DNA of 64,000 bases from a virus (IMGVR_UViG_3300020576_002769:17985-81984); one strand, 5' to 3'. Counted from the stretch's first letter, positions 26,249 to 36,748 are shown. The notes: generated by a model not told the origin, from the letters alone. Program-made: numbers and translations.

Positions 26249-26604
26249 AACTCCCCCATCATACCTGCTAAACCCATACCTTCCCAATCTAATGAACCGG
26301 GTGACACAAAATAAACAGCATCCGGTTCTATATTGAGTCTGTTTTTAACCCACCAAGATACTAACATATTCTCCTCAATATCTTCAAATGAGAAAAGTCT
26401 TATAGAACTTATAAATCGTTCAGATACATAAAGATTATTTTGTTTTTTTGACCATCTCATAACAATATCACCATCATCATCAATTAATAATGTCTGTGGA
26501 TGGCCATCTAAGTCAAAATCTTTTCTTGTCAATTCACTTAATTTATCATCCAAGATACGATAAGCTAATTGTTTTCTCTTATCTTCAGTTATTAATATTT
26601 TCAT
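26245..26604 (-). CDS. hypothetical protein, MKILITED N-terminal family
   Basis: N-terminus MKILITEDKRKQLAYRILDDKLSELT. Confidence 0.5.
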   Translation of the reverse strand: MKILITEDKRKQLAYRILDDKLSELTRKDFDLDGHPQTLLIDDDGDIVMRWSKKQNNLYVSERFISSIRLFSFEDIEENMLVSWWVKNRLNIEPDAVYFVSPGSLDWEGMGLAGMMGEF

Positions 26605-26933
26605 TAATTCAATACAGATTTATTCACGTGATGGATTATTTTAACCGGTAATTCAAATTTTTGTGAAAACCACTTACCTACAACATCTTTAGCTTCTTTC
26701 GGAGTATAACCAAAAAACACAATTGGTCTAACAACATCCTCACAAATATATAGAACAGATATTCTATCACCATAAATCATAATAACACCATCACCATTAC
26801 GATAATTAATAATCTTCTGTTCCCCGAATGAATCTGTTTGGTAATTAACATCTTCATACATATTTGAAAACTCTTTATCTAATTCTCGGAAAGCTAATTG
26901 GTCTCTTTTGTTTTCTGTTAAAATAAATTTCAT
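26604..26933 (-). CDS. hypothetical protein, MKFILTEN N-terminal family
   Basis: Start at the internal Met MKFILTENKRDQLAFRELDKEFS. Upstream ATATTTATTAAT-ATG. Confidence 0.5.
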   Translation of the reverse strand: MKFILTENKRDQLAFRELDKEFSNMYEDVNYQTDSFGEQKIINYRNGDGVIMIYGDRISVLYICEDVVRPIVFFGYTPKEAKDVVGKWFSQKFELPVKIIHHVNKSVLN

Positions 26934-26967
26934 ATTAATAAATATCTTTAAAAATAAAAACCCCCAA

Positions 26968-27177
26968 TTAATCTTGGAGGTTTTCATCATCATTATTAAA
27001 TACTAAAAAATTATGTCCGTAATAAGGTAAATCCGGATTTTCACCAAAACCCATTCCCTCAACAATCTCTTCAAGTTCCTGATTTGTCATACGGTGAAGT
27101 ATGTCATATTGTAATCTTGATTGTATTAACGTAATAGCTTCATCACGACTAATATTTCTTGTTGATTTCCACCCCAT
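26968..27177 (-). CDS. hypothetical protein
   Basis: ORF of 69 aa. Confidence 0.4.
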   Translation of the reverse strand: MGWKSTRNISRDEAITLIQSRLQYDILHRMTNQELEEIVEGMGFGENPDLPYYGHNFLVFNNDDENLQD

Positions 27178-27178
27178 T

Positions 27179-27514
27179 TTACAATACTTCCGTTAGTATT
27201 CTCCATTCTTTTAATGTATTACCATCAAAAGTAACCTCAACCGGTTTCCCTTTTAACTTATCAACTGAATCCACCTTAGCATCTTTCAATAACTTTGAAA
27301 CATACCTCATAATTTCAGCATACCACACATCTCTATCTGATTCAGTCCATTTAGCGTGCTCTGAACAACTTATCATTTCAGCATCCCACTGAGCTCTTGA
27401 ATCACCAACACCCCAACCATTAGCACCTAATGTGAAGTGAATACCTAACATTACTCCTTGATAACCACCAAGACCGAAACTAACATCCTCGATTTTTCCT
27501 AATCTTTTTTCCAT
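27179..27514 (-). CDS. hypothetical protein
   Basis: ORF of 111 aa. Confidence 0.45.
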   Translation of the reverse strand: MEKRLGKIEDVSFGLGGYQGVMLGIHFTLGANGWGVGDSRAQWDAEMISCSEHAKWTESDRDVWYAEIMRYVSKLLKDAKVDSVDKLKGKPVEVTFDGNTLKEWRILTEVL

Positions 27515-27520
27515 ATATAT

Positions 27521-27862
27521 TTATTTACTATTAATCCACTCATTAAATCTACCAATAGTTTTCTCATACCCTTTAATCATAATATAAATCAACGCACCAA
27601 GACAAAGTAAACACCAAACTGACGGAGTTAACCATAACCACAAATGGTTTTCTAACTTTTCAGATTCACCAATACTATCAATTAATATCGCTAAAGCAAA
27701 AATAGACATCAACGTCAACACACACAATAGTGCTTCAAGAGAAATTGTACCTGTAATAATTAACCCAAGTAATAATAATCCATTCCAAAATTTAACACTA
27801 TTTGGAATATTTTTCCAATTCTCTTGAATAGTCTCCTTTAAAGTTTTTTTAGTTTCTTCCAT
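27521..27862 (-). CDS. membrane protein
   Basis: Three predicted TM helices. Confidence 0.45.
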   Translation of the reverse strand: MEETKKTLKETIQENWKNIPNSVKFWNGLLLLGLIITGTISLEALLCVLTLMSIFALAILIDSIGESEKLENHLWLWLTPSVWCLLCLGALIYIMIKGYEKTIGRFNEWINSK

Positions 27863-28266
27863 TATTCAATAGTTTTTTTAAAACTTTTCAATCTCTTTTG
27901 AGTTTCCTTTTCAATCAAATACAATCTCATTTCAGACATTGCTTTACGTAATTTTGAAGCCCGGTCACTAAATGGATTGTAGTAATCCCAAAAACTAATA
28001 CTCCAAGCAAAGATACCATTAATGTGAGCACCTGCCAATTCTTTATCAGAAAAAGTTATTTTTTCACCACTATTATTAATATATTCAGGACTATAATAAT
28101 CCACAAAACATCCGTCCATTCCACACATAACCTCTCTTGTCCACTTCTCTTTATCTTCAGTTAGAGATTGGATAATTCGGTCAATATACATTCTATTAAC
28201 TTCTTTAATAGTTAAATCTTTTGGTTTTTCACCCATTTCATTTTTAGTATATGAATACTCACTCAT
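27862..28266 (-). CDS. hypothetical protein
   Basis: ORF of 134 aa. Confidence 0.45.
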   Translation of the reverse strand: MSEYSYTKNEMGEKPKDLTIKEVNRMYIDRIIQSLTEDKEKWTREVMCGMDGCFVDYYSPEYINNSGEKITFSDKELAGAHINGIFAWSISFWDYYNPFSDRASKLRKAMSEMRLYLIEKETQKRLKSFKKTIE

Positions 28267-28768
28267 AATCTTCGTATTTTTTTATTGATACCGGTTCTTC
28301 ATATGTCCATTCAAGTAATTCCAATTCATTTCTCCACCCAAGAATATCTTCCTCAGTATATATTGGGGCGAAGCTTGGTCTAATATTAAATGATACATTA
28401 TTTCTGTTATTCCAACGTTCAATTTCTTTTTCTGCGGAATTAATTAAATTATGTAATTTTTCAGAATTTTTCCACTTTTCGTAATCTTCTTTTGAAAACA
28501 CATAATTAACCTCACCATCGTTTTCAATCTTAGCATTAGGATTAGTTGTATAAACATCAACAATCCCGTGTTCCCCATCATATTGATTACACAAATCATT
28601 CACCGATAATTCATTGGTTAAAATTTGTTCCCAAACACTACCATACAACCTAACACGGCAAATGTAAATGAACCCGTCTTCACGGGTAAAAATGTAATGA
28701 GAAATCTTATTTTCAAGCTCTCTTAACTCCTCAATAGAGTATTTTGTAAAGTCAATATCTAAATTCAT
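28259..28768 (-). CDS. hypothetical protein
   Basis: ORF of 169 aa. Confidence 0.45.
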   Translation of the reverse strand: MNLDIDFTKYSIEELRELENKISHYIFTREDGFIYICRVRLYGSVWEQILTNELSVNDLCNQYDGEHGIVDVYTTNPNAKIENDGEVNYVFSKEDYEKWKNSEKLHNLINSAEKEIERWNNRNNVSFNIRPSFAPIYTEEDILGWRNELELLEWTYEEPVSIKKYEDYE

Positions 28769-28821
28769 ACCGCAAATATAAGAATAAAAAAAAGAACCAC
28801 AAAATGATTCTTTATATTTTT

Positions 28822-29202
28822 TTACTTTTTATTGAATTGTTCGTCATCCATATGTTTCACAGTCCGGATTTCAACATCACATAATCTTCTATAATGATTA
28901 GTATATTTTTTATAAATTCGTTTAATAACTTCATTTTTAATAGTATCATATATTTTAGGAGACCCAACCCATACACTAACTAAATTATATAATTTTTCGT
29001 CATTTAAAACAATTAAACTTAAATCAGGATACATTCTAGCAATTACGTTGGCTCTTGAACCGGGAGTTAAGAATTGAATATATTCAAATTTACTACCTGA
29101 CCTACTTTGAAATGTGGTAAATATATCATCACTAATCCCAATACCATTAACTATAGTATCAATTATCTTTTCTAACTTATCCTCACTAATTCTAAAATCC
29201 AT
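28822..29202 (-). CDS. hypothetical protein, MDFRISED N-terminal family
   Basis: N-terminus MDFRISEDKLEKIIDTIVNGIG. Upstream CTATTTATTATT-ATG. Confidence 0.5.
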   Translation of the reverse strand: MDFRISEDKLEKIIDTIVNGIGISDDIFTTFQSRSGSKFEYIQFLTPGSRANVIARMYPDLSLIVLNDEKLYNLVSVWVGSPKIYDTIKNEVIKRIYKKYTNHYRRLCDVEIRTVKHMDDEQFNKK

Positions 29203-29221
29203 AATAATAAATAGTCATTAA

Positions 29222-29250
29222 ATAAAAAAACCCCACAAAAAGAGGGGTTA
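29222..29250 (-). terminator. terminator hairpin
   Basis: On the minus RNA: AACCCCUC-loop-GGGGUU followed by UUUUUUUAUU. Confidence 0.45.
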
Positions 29251-29825
29251 AGTTTCATTTCATTTTCATCAATTCAAGAATTTCTTTTTGAAGTTCCAAC
29301 ATTTCAGGGTCTGTCTCCATAATGTAACGAGTTTTCATATCGTGATAGTTCTCTTGGATATCTGAAAAACACCATCCAAGGAACACAAACCATAATTTAA
29401 CTCTTATTTTTATTTTCTTTAACCACATCTTTAATTAAATCAATAATAACTATTAAACACATAACCCCAACAAGGGAAATCATAAAATATCCCGGACCAA
29501 CAGGGTCAGAAGGTACCATCAATATTAAGTTTTAATTTTTATTTGCTATAAATATATTACTCACCTAATTTATTTCGATACTCTATAATTAATTTTCTAA
29601 TTTCTTGCCCTAATTCCATATCGTTAGGTATTTTTTTCTCTAACGAATCCGAATCTTCATAAAAATCAACGAAAATCAGTACATCATTTACTTCTTCCAT
29701 ATTACTTATTTAAATATTCTTGTTTTATGCGTCGAATAACTCTTGAGAATAACATTATCATAATGTAAAACCAAGAGAATAGTCCAATAATTATTACACC
29801 TAATAATATATATTTATACCACATA

Positions 29826-30227
29826 TTAACTGAAAACCCAAATTACTCGGGCGATTATTGATGTTATAACTATACCAACCGCCAATCCGTGGATAAAATA
29901 ATTTTTTGATTTAACCGGTTCCTGAATGACCTCAACAGGTTTTGGTTTGTTGTATTTTTTTCTATAATAAGGTCTCTTTTTCTTAACCGGGTCTTTACCT
30001 TCAGTTATTATTTGACTTTCAGGTTTTTTAGGTTGTTCTCCTTCCTTCATCACTTTTGGTTTTAAGTAATTAAGTTCAGCTCTCATTCTACCATCCATAC
30101 CGAGATGTTGATGATAATTAGATTCCGCAGTAACACTAATACTTATTTTACCATATAATTCAGGATAACTTTTTTGTAATATTCTTTGAAAATATTTAAC
30201 TTCTGTCGTCATTACCAACCCAATCAA
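29826..30227 (-). CDS. C-terminally membrane-anchored protein
   Basis: K/P-rich middle region and a C-terminal TM helix. Confidence 0.45.
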   Translation of the reverse strand: MIGLVMTTEVKYFQRILQKSYPELYGKISISVTAESNYHQHLGMDGRMRAELNYLKPKVMKEGEQPKKPESQIITEGKDPVKKKRPYYRKKYNKPKPVEVIQEPVKSKNYFIHGLAVGIVITSIIARVIWVFS

Positions 30228-30753
30228 TCTTTGGACAATACTTGTTGTATTTTGCTTTGATAAATTCTGATGTCATATTAACCTTTGTTTTCTTAACAAC
30301 CCATTTATCTTGTTGTTCATCATAATAAGAATCATTTGTGGTTGTATATTCTCTCAAATGTTTAACACCTTCAATGATTCCAATCACAATCAATCCCACC
30401 CAAATTAAAACTCCTCCCGCAACCAAAAATTCAAACCAACTACCTTTATCAACTTTGATGAACAAAGCAACTATTGCAGAGATTAATGCGGATATTGCAA
30501 ATAACGCAATATAAACACCAACACTAATACCTAATCTTTCACCGGTCTTTCTATCCCCATTTCTATATTGTTTATCAAACAAATCATAAACAACCACCGG
30601 AATTGAAAACAACACGTATGGAATAAATGTTAAATACATCAACACAACTTTCCAAAAGTATGGGCATAAGTTGTTTGGTAATCCTTCCCATTCACTCACA
30701 CCATAAAACCATTTATATAACCTTGAAGTAACCGAATTTTTATTTAATTTCAT
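30196..30753 (-). CDS. polytopic membrane protein
   Basis: At least four TM helices. Confidence 0.45.
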   Translation of the reverse strand: MKLNKNSVTSRLYKWFYGVSEWEGLPNNLCPYFWKVVLMYLTFIPYVLFSIPVVVYDLFDKQYRNGDRKTGERLGISVGVYIALFAISALISAIVALFIKVDKGSWFEFLVAGGVLIWVGLIVIGIIEGVKHLREYTTTNDSYYDEQQDKWVVKKTKVNMTSEFIKAKYNKYCPKIDWVGNDDRS

Positions 30754-30754
30754 A

Positions 30755-31063
30755 TTATTGTTCTTTTAATTCGTTATACATTTTTTGAATCTTGGAGTAT
30801 GATTTATACCATCTTGGAACCATACCCACACCTTCGATATAACACCCTAAAAGTATTCCTTTAATTGAATCTGAGATAAATCCCGGAACTTTATAGTTAG
30901 ATATAATTCGAGTTCCTCTAATTATGTAAGGGTCGTTTTCTCGTAATTTTTCGATAAAGTCTAAACATTCTTTATCAGATTTTGGGAATCCACATACCAT
31001 TATCCCGATAATATCACCAAGGAATATAAGGACTAGTATTGGAATAATTAAAAGTAATATCAT
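30755..31063 (-). CDS. small membrane protein, tandem paralog A
   Basis: N-terminal TM helix, GFPKSDK, and C-terminal PRWYKSYSKIQKMYNELKEQ. Paralog of 31065-31430. Confidence 0.5.
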   Translation of the reverse strand: MILLLIIPILVLIFLGDIIGIMVCGFPKSDKECLDFIEKLRENDPYIIRGTRIISNYKVPGFISDSIKGILLGCYIEGVGMVPRWYKSYSKIQKMYNELKEQ

Positions 31064-31064
31064 A

Positions 31065-31430
31065 TTATTTATTTTTTAATTCGTTATACAATTTACTAAT
31101 TTCTGAATGAGATTTATACCATCTCGGTACCGCACCCATACCATCTACATACCAACCAAATGTAAGACCTTTAATTCCCTTTGAGATAAATGGTTTCTGA
31201 AATGTATATATCAAAGTTTCGTCAAGAATTTTAGTATTATACATATTCTTAATTTGATTTCTAAAACTTTCATCAGGATACTCAATTTCACTTGGTTGAT
31301 TATTTTTTAACGTCTCAAGTAATTCTAAAATTTTCTTATCCGAAGTAGGGAATCCTACAACTGACATTACAACAATATCCCAAATTAGGATAAACCCCAG
31401 TACTACTAATCCAATAATAATTCCTATCAT
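31065..31430 (-). CDS. small membrane protein, tandem paralog B
   Basis: N-terminal TM helix, GFPTSDK, and C-terminal PRWYKSHSEISKLYNELKNK. Confidence 0.5.
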   Translation of the reverse strand: MIGIIIGLVVLGFILIWDIVVMSVVGFPTSDKKILELLETLKNNQPSEIEYPDESFRNQIKNMYNTKILDETLIYTFQKPFISKGIKGLTFGWYVDGMGAVPRWYKSHSEISKLYNELKNK

Positions 31431-31570
31431 AATTTTTGTTTGTTAAATCGTTGTGCTAAGTTCTCCTTTCTCAATACCGTGTCCAATCTTAATGTGTAGT
31501 GCAGCAGCCCACTGCAGTTCTCTCATCACCTGACCCCGATATACGTCAATCAACGATTATGATTTTATAA

Positions 31571-32416
31571 TTACTTTACGTTCATCAAGAACTTTTCACC
31601 TCCGTTGGCCATATAAGTCGGAACTTGCGCTCCACCTGATTTCCAAGCTTCAATCCATTGTTGTTGAAGTAACATAGGTGTTAAGGTTTGTTGTCTTAAT
31701 CTATTAGATTCGGCTTCAGCTCTAGCATTTGTTAATAATGCCTCAGCGTTACCATTAGCTGTCGCTACCTTAATTTTTGCTTCAGCTTCAGCCTGTTTAA
31801 CTTTATTCTCAGCCATTAATGCCGCTTGGACTGCATTATTCTTAGCGTTAATCGCTTTCTTAAATGAATCCGGATACACCAAATTAGAGGTGAACTGATT
31901 AATTATGAACCCTTCTTTAAGTAATTGTGTTTCTAACAATCGTCTAACTTCAACTTCGAATTGTTCTCGATTTCCAATCAAACCATCTGCGGTATATTTG
32001 TTAGTCGCCAAACGGAATGCGTCATATACTGCGGTTTTTAAGAATCCTTCCTCAATTTCACTCAAACTTCTTCTGTATTTAGCAAAGATTGTAGGAACTT
32101 TTTCCCTTTGAACCGAATAGTTCATAATTGGCGAAACACTAAATTCAGAACCATCTTTACTATTTACCACAAAAGAATTGTCTCCAGTATATTCTTTGTG
32201 TTGAATAAATGTTGGGAATTCATAAATTTTGGATGTGAATGGATTATAAAATGCCCATCCCGTTACTTCTGTAACATCATTTACCCCTTTACCACTTCCG
32301 TACATATCAACTTTGACACCCACGTGACCCGCGTCGATTCTTTCACAAGAATTCATCAAAAATAAACTAGCGAATACTAAAACAATCGCCCCTAAAATAA
32401 AACTACCTCTACTCAT
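31571..32416 (-). CDS. SPFH/band-7 (stomatin/prohibitin/HflC-like) lipoprotein
   Basis: Lipobox LFLMNSC. SPFH-like core. C-terminal Ala/Glu-rich helix AQAALMAENKVKQAEAEAKIKVATANGNAEALLTNARAEAE. Confidence 0.65.
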   Translation of the reverse strand: MSRGSFILGAIVLVFASLFLMNSCERIDAGHVGVKVDMYGSGKGVNDVTEVTGWAFYNPFTSKIYEFPTFIQHKEYTGDNSFVVNSKDGSEFSVSPIMNYSVQREKVPTIFAKYRRSLSEIEEGFLKTAVYDAFRLATNKYTADGLIGNREQFEVEVRRLLETQLLKEGFIINQFTSNLVYPDSFKKAINAKNNAVQAALMAENKVKQAEAEAKIKVATANGNAEALLTNARAEAESNRLRQQTLTPMLLQQQWIEAWKSGGAQVPTYMANGGEKFLMNVK

Positions 32417-32485
32417 TTTTTTCTTTTTTTAATTAATACTTTTTAAATTGGGTACAAAGATACAACTATTTTTTATACCACCAAA

Positions 32486-32734
32486 TTATTTTTCACTTTT
32501 TTTTTCATCATTTGAAAAAACACCCTTCATATTGGTTAAAAACATTATGATATTTTTTCTAAAATAAAAGATAGGACCTATTGTTATTGAAATTAACAAT
32601 AAAACCCCAAGATAAAACACGTAGGTATCACGATAATTCATTAACTCAAATGACACCCCTATTAATTCAAACCAAACAAAACCGATTAGTAATACACCCA
32701 AAAACTTCAATAAACTTTTCATATTTTTAATCAT
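32486..32734 (-). CDS. small membrane protein
   Basis: Two TM helices. A TATCTTTG -7 box lies nearby at about 32448-32460 (plus-strand gtacaaagata). Confidence 0.4.
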   Translation of the reverse strand: MIKNMKSLLKFLGVLLIGFVWFELIGVSFELMNYRDTYVFYLGVLLLISITIGPIFYFRKNIIMFLTNMKGVFSNDEKKSEK

Positions 32735-32829
32735 TAAATAAATTATTCAAATATCTAAACATCTCAGTATATGGATGTAAATTAATACATACCATATCAT
32801 TAACGTCATAACCCAACTGACGAATAAAT

Positions 32830-33306
32830 TCATCGGCACATATCTTGAAATCTTGGATGAGTTTCATCTACTCTATCTCTATGTCCATATGAACCTCTTG
32901 AAGTATAAGAATCCCACATAATTTCATAATAATTACGTATAATACCTCTTCTTCCTCTAGTATTTAATTCAATATCTAATCCTCCTCTGTCAGTTAAATC
33001 ACACCAATCTAAAATTTTATCAGTGGTGTTTAATAAAATTGAAATTAAGATATCTTGACTATTGTAATCACCATCTATTTCAAAGACCAAGGTATAATCT
33101 CTATAATATGGTGAGTACCTAACTAAGTATAATCTTCGAAGATTTGAATTACTAGACAATATATCTTTTCTAAACAAACAATAAATTAAATTGTTTATCA
33201 CATCAGTTTTTTTATCATAAGGAGTATCACAATAACTCCAATGTGAAGGATAATATACACTCATAGTAATTATTACTTTCGTTATTTGGGAGCAAAGATA
33301 AAACAA
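32830..33306 (-). CDS. hypothetical protein
   Basis: ORF of 158 aa. A TATCTTTG box lies upstream (plus-strand gagcaaagata at about 33285). Confidence 0.4.
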   Translation of the reverse strand: MFYLCSQITKVIITMSVYYPSHWSYCDTPYDKKTDVINNLIYCLFRKDILSSNSNLRRLYLVRYSPYYRDYTLVFEIDGDYNSQDILISILLNTTDKILDWCDLTDRGGLDIELNTRGRRGIIRNYYEIMWDSYTSRGSYGHRDRVDETHPRFQDMCR

Positions 33307-33343
33307 ATAATTTAAATAAACTATTTATTGTAAAATATTTTTT

Positions 33344-34159
33344 ATGGAAAAACATAAATTGATTAGATTGGTAGAAAGAAGTGGTAAAACATTTAAAAAT
33401 ATGAACCCAACTCGGGTATATCGTGAAATATTAGATAATAAATTCTACGAAGCCTTATCTCACGTATTGAAAGCGAAAGATTTAGTTATATTCTCTTTAT
33501 TAGTTCCAAGATTTAATATGGGTTCTGATATTGATGAAGACTACGATAGAATAGAATATAATATGTTCACAATTGAACTTGTTGAAATTTACAACTCTAA
33601 CCCTGACGTTAAATGCCCAAATTGTGATAATGGTGTGGTTAATTGTGATATGTGTGATGCTAATGGAGAAACTGAATGTGGTCGATGTGATGGTACCGGT
33701 GAAGAAGATTGTGACTATTGTGACGGTTCAGGGGTATATGAAGATGGTGAAGAATGTGATATGTGTGAAGGTTCCGGAAGAATGACTTGTGGAAAATGTA
33801 ACGGTTACGGTACCTCGTCTTGTGAATATTGTGGTGGTGATGGTGAAGATAAATGTTTAGAATGTTCCGGTAGTGGAACCATTGAGTCCGACACACAATC
33901 AGAAGTCACTTATACCGATTTTGTTTCTTGGAGTGGTCGTTGGAAAATGTATTTTTCAGGGATAAAACACGGAAAACAGATAGATATTCAAGATGCCGAT
34001 AATTTTTACAACAATAGTCAAACTTTGGTATTGAGAACTTATGACGAATTATCCGAAGAATATGAAGGATATGATGAAGGTGATACCTTTTTGTTCAGAA
34101 TGAATGAAAAACCGGATATTACTCAAAGAGATAACGGAAAAGGTGTTATTATTATCTAA
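33344..34159 (+). CDS. DnaJ-type zinc-finger (8 x CxxCxGxG) protein without a J domain
   Basis: CPNCDNG, CDMCDANG, CGRCDGTG, CDYCDGSG, CDMCEGSG, CGKCNGYG, CEYCGGDG, CLECSGSG. The internal track ORFs 33573-33785(+) and 33660-33896(-) are spurious. Confidence 0.65.
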   Translation: MEKHKLIRLVERSGKTFKNMNPTRVYREILDNKFYEALSHVLKAKDLVIFSLLVPRFNMGSDIDEDYDRIEYNMFTIELVEIYNSNPDVKCPNCDNGVVNCDMCDANGETECGRCDGTGEEDCDYCDGSGVYEDGEECDMCEGSGRMTCGKCNGYGTSSCEYCGGDGEDKCLECSGSGTIESDTQSEVTYTDFVSWSGRWKMYFSGIKHGKQIDIQDADNFYNNSQTLVLRTYDELSEEYEGYDEGDTFLFRMNEKPDITQRDNGKGVIII

Positions 34160-34667
34160 GATTACGATAATCCTCTAAATGTAATGAAATCACATTATAA
34201 ACTTGTGGTAAATAAAATCTTCGTATCCATTGACTATATAACGCTAGACTTTCAAAACCATCTTTCCATTTAATAAAGGTAAAACCATCATTTTCTAAAT
34301 CACCTTCAGTAAATTCAACATCTGAATCATCAGACGCTTTAACAATGTACGAAGTAGTATTAACGGGAACTCCATCACTTATATCCCAAAATGGTGTTGC
34401 GTGAGAATATGTTGTTTCACCATCCCAATCACAATACCAATCTACCGTACCTGCAAAACTATCATAACCTATTTGACAATTTTTATATTTTTTTGGAAAC
34501 AATTTTTCTTTAAATAAATCAAATATAATATCATTAGCCATACTTAAGTCAATATAACAATCACTTCTATTAATTAACTCAAGTTTAGATAAACCGGTAA
34601 TATTTTCCGCCTTTTGCAAACCAAGGTCCGAAATTAAATCATTTAATATTTTTTTTCTATCTTTCAT
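34152..34667 (-). CDS. hypothetical protein
   Basis: ORF of 171 aa. Confidence 0.4.
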   Translation of the reverse strand: MKDRKKILNDLISDLGLQKAENITGLSKLELINRSDCYIDLSMANDIIFDLFKEKLFPKKYKNCQIGYDSFAGTVDWYCDWDGETTYSHATPFWDISDGVPVNTTSYIVKASDDSDVEFTEGDLENDGFTFIKWKDGFESLALYSQWIRRFYLPQVYNVISLHLEDYRNLR

Positions 34668-34707
34668 ATTGTTGTAATCTATTTAATAAATATGTATATT
34701 TATAGTT

Positions 34708-35355
34708 ATGGTATCAGAAAAACTAATTAATATTTATTACAAAAATTTAAAAAAACCTACTATTATTAATGGATTGGTTTTACACCCATTTATGGTTGAT
34801 AAAAAAATAATTTGGGAAATAGATAATGTTAATGATGTATCATATAGTTCTTATGTGGTAGAGGGTCGTCTCGAACATCTATTATCCGATTTCTTAGATT
34901 TAGCAGGAGTTAAACCGGATGATTGGAACCAACTTTCTGTTGATTATTGTAGAGTAACAGAACCTGATGTATATGTTAATGATGAAGTTAGAAATAAAAT
35001 TAATAAATCATTAGAAACGTTTAATAATATTACATTAAATGATAGTGGTGAAATTTTAAAATCCGAATGTTTTGTTAAAGATTGGTCAATAGAATATAGA
35101 GATGAAGAGTTATTATTCCATTTAGATTTAGAATTATTTAATCCCAAATTAGATGATGTCGATATTGATGACGACCAATTACAGGATTTCATACAATCTT
35201 TCATTTACGATGAAACCTCAATAGAACAAGAGTGGGACTTAATACAAAATCAAATTAATATTATTTATTCAGAAAAAAATTTATTTGACAATATCTATAT
35301 GTTTTCAACTGCCGTTATAGGTTATTATGACACTTTCGGTAATGGATTAACTTAA
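34708..35355 (+). CDS. hypothetical acidic protein
   Basis: ORF of 215 aa. Confidence 0.4.
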   Translation: MVSEKLINIYYKNLKKPTIINGLVLHPFMVDKKIIWEIDNVNDVSYSSYVVEGRLEHLLSDFLDLAGVKPDDWNQLSVDYCRVTEPDVYVNDEVRNKINKSLETFNNITLNDSGEILKSECFVKDWSIEYRDEELLFHLDLELFNPKLDDVDIDDDQLQDFIQSFIYDETSIEQEWDLIQNQINIIYSEKNLFDNIYMFSTAVIGYYDTFGNGLT

Positions 35356-35714
35356 TTATAAGTTAAATCAACACAAACCATTGGTAAAAACTTTTCAATA
35401 TTATCTAATATTTTATCTGAAATATCGTCTTCAACCCAACTTGGTAAATCCCATATACTACATTTATCCCAATCCCCTTGAAATCCAACTCTAACATCAA
35501 TATCTAAATAAATAGTACCACTATACTTACATTGATTGTATTTTTCAGTTTCCCATAAACTTACCTTATCAACTTTAAATTCAACATTCCAATCAGCATA
35601 TTCATCATTTGACGTTGAATAGGGCATATTATATTGACCTTCCATTTTATTATCACTATTAATAATTCTACGGATAAGTTTGTCTAATTTTTCTATTTTT
35701 TCTTCCTGTATCAT
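35352..35714 (-). CDS. hypothetical protein
   Basis: ORF of 120 aa. Confidence 0.4.
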   Translation of the reverse strand: MIQEEKIEKLDKLIRRIINSDNKMEGQYNMPYSTSNDEYADWNVEFKVDKVSLWETEKYNQCKYSGTIYLDIDVRVGFQGDWDKCSIWDLPSWVEDDISDKILDNIEKFLPMVCVDLTYN

Positions 35715-36748
35715 TATATATAATCACCAAACATTTCGTTAATATATTTTTGAGTTAAACTCCAATCAGCATAATCCGGGATTCTAAAATCCAACCAAGG
35801 TTCTTCACCTTCTTGCATTAAATTTTCCATCATATCAACCCATTTCCCCCAATTCTCAAAACAGTTATCAGTATAACCCCATAAAGACCTATCACTAACG
35901 TATTTTAATATTGAGTTTTTTAATTCATTTGGGTTAAATTTAAGAACATAATGTTCTATAAGTTTTTCCTGGTTGTATCTTGATGGTATTGCCTCCCATT
36001 TAGCGGAAGAAGTATCAAAAAAAGTACTTAACTCACTCATAACATCATCATAAACTTCACTCTCATACGCACTATTATAAGCATTGTCGTGAATACTATA
36101 TAATTCACTTCTCAATTCATCTAAATAACCCTCATCCATAAGATAATTCATTGATTCTTCATCGCTAATAACATCACCAACATTTTCCGGTGTTAGATAA
36201 AAAATATCATCTTCAGAATAATTGTTAAATAAATCAGGAGAACTATCATCAACTTCAACTTTCCAATTGGTTAATATGTCCAACATATATTTTTTAAGTC
36301 GTTCAATATTCTCATTATCTAAAACATCTATCACATCACGATAAACGTCATCAGTTGTATCCCAATAACGTTCCATCGATTCTTCACCCAACACATATTT
36401 AACAGCATTTCTTGTTGAGCCATCTCGTCCTTCTCTTGGGTCAAATAAATCTGCCAAAGATTCTCTGTCAGATAGTTTTAAATAATACTCATTATTTTCA
36501 AATACAACGTCGTTAAACTGATTTATACATTTAAGTAACGTATCTTTATCATTGACAACATTTAATAAAAAATATAATATTTCATTTTGATAATCTGATA
36601 AATCACTACTAAATGGGTCAATAAGGTTAATAACACCTTTTTTATTGAAAAATTTTAAGATATTTTCAACATTATCAAAAAATGGGAGTAATTCCTCTAT
36701 TTCACCATTGTTAAATTCATTTACGTATTTTAAGTATTTTTCTTCCAT
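35714..36748 (-). CDS. hypothetical acidic protein
   Basis: ORF of 344 aa. Confidence 0.45.
   Translation of the reverse strand: MEEKYLKYVNEFNNGEIEELLPFFDNVENILKFFNKKGVINLIDPFSSDLSDYQNEILYFLLNVVNDKDTLLKCINQFNDVVFENNEYYLKLSDRESLADLFDPREGRDGSTRNAVKYVLGEESMERYWDTTDDVYRDVIDVLDNENIERLKKYMLDILTNWKVEVDDSSPDLFNNYSEDDIFYLTPENVGDVISDEESMNYLMDEGYLDELRSELYSIHDNAYNSAYESEVYDDVMSELSTFFDTSSAKWEAIPSRYNQEKLIEHYVLKFNPNELKNSILKYVSDRSLWGYTDNCFENWGKWVDMMENLMQEGEEPWLDFRIPDYADWSLTQKYINEMFGDYI

Noticed and set aside
33573-33896. His-rich minus ORF and a plus ORF inside the DnaJ zinc-finger gene
   Set aside because: Alternative-frame translation of the repetitive Cys/Gly codons (TGTGA/TGGTG).
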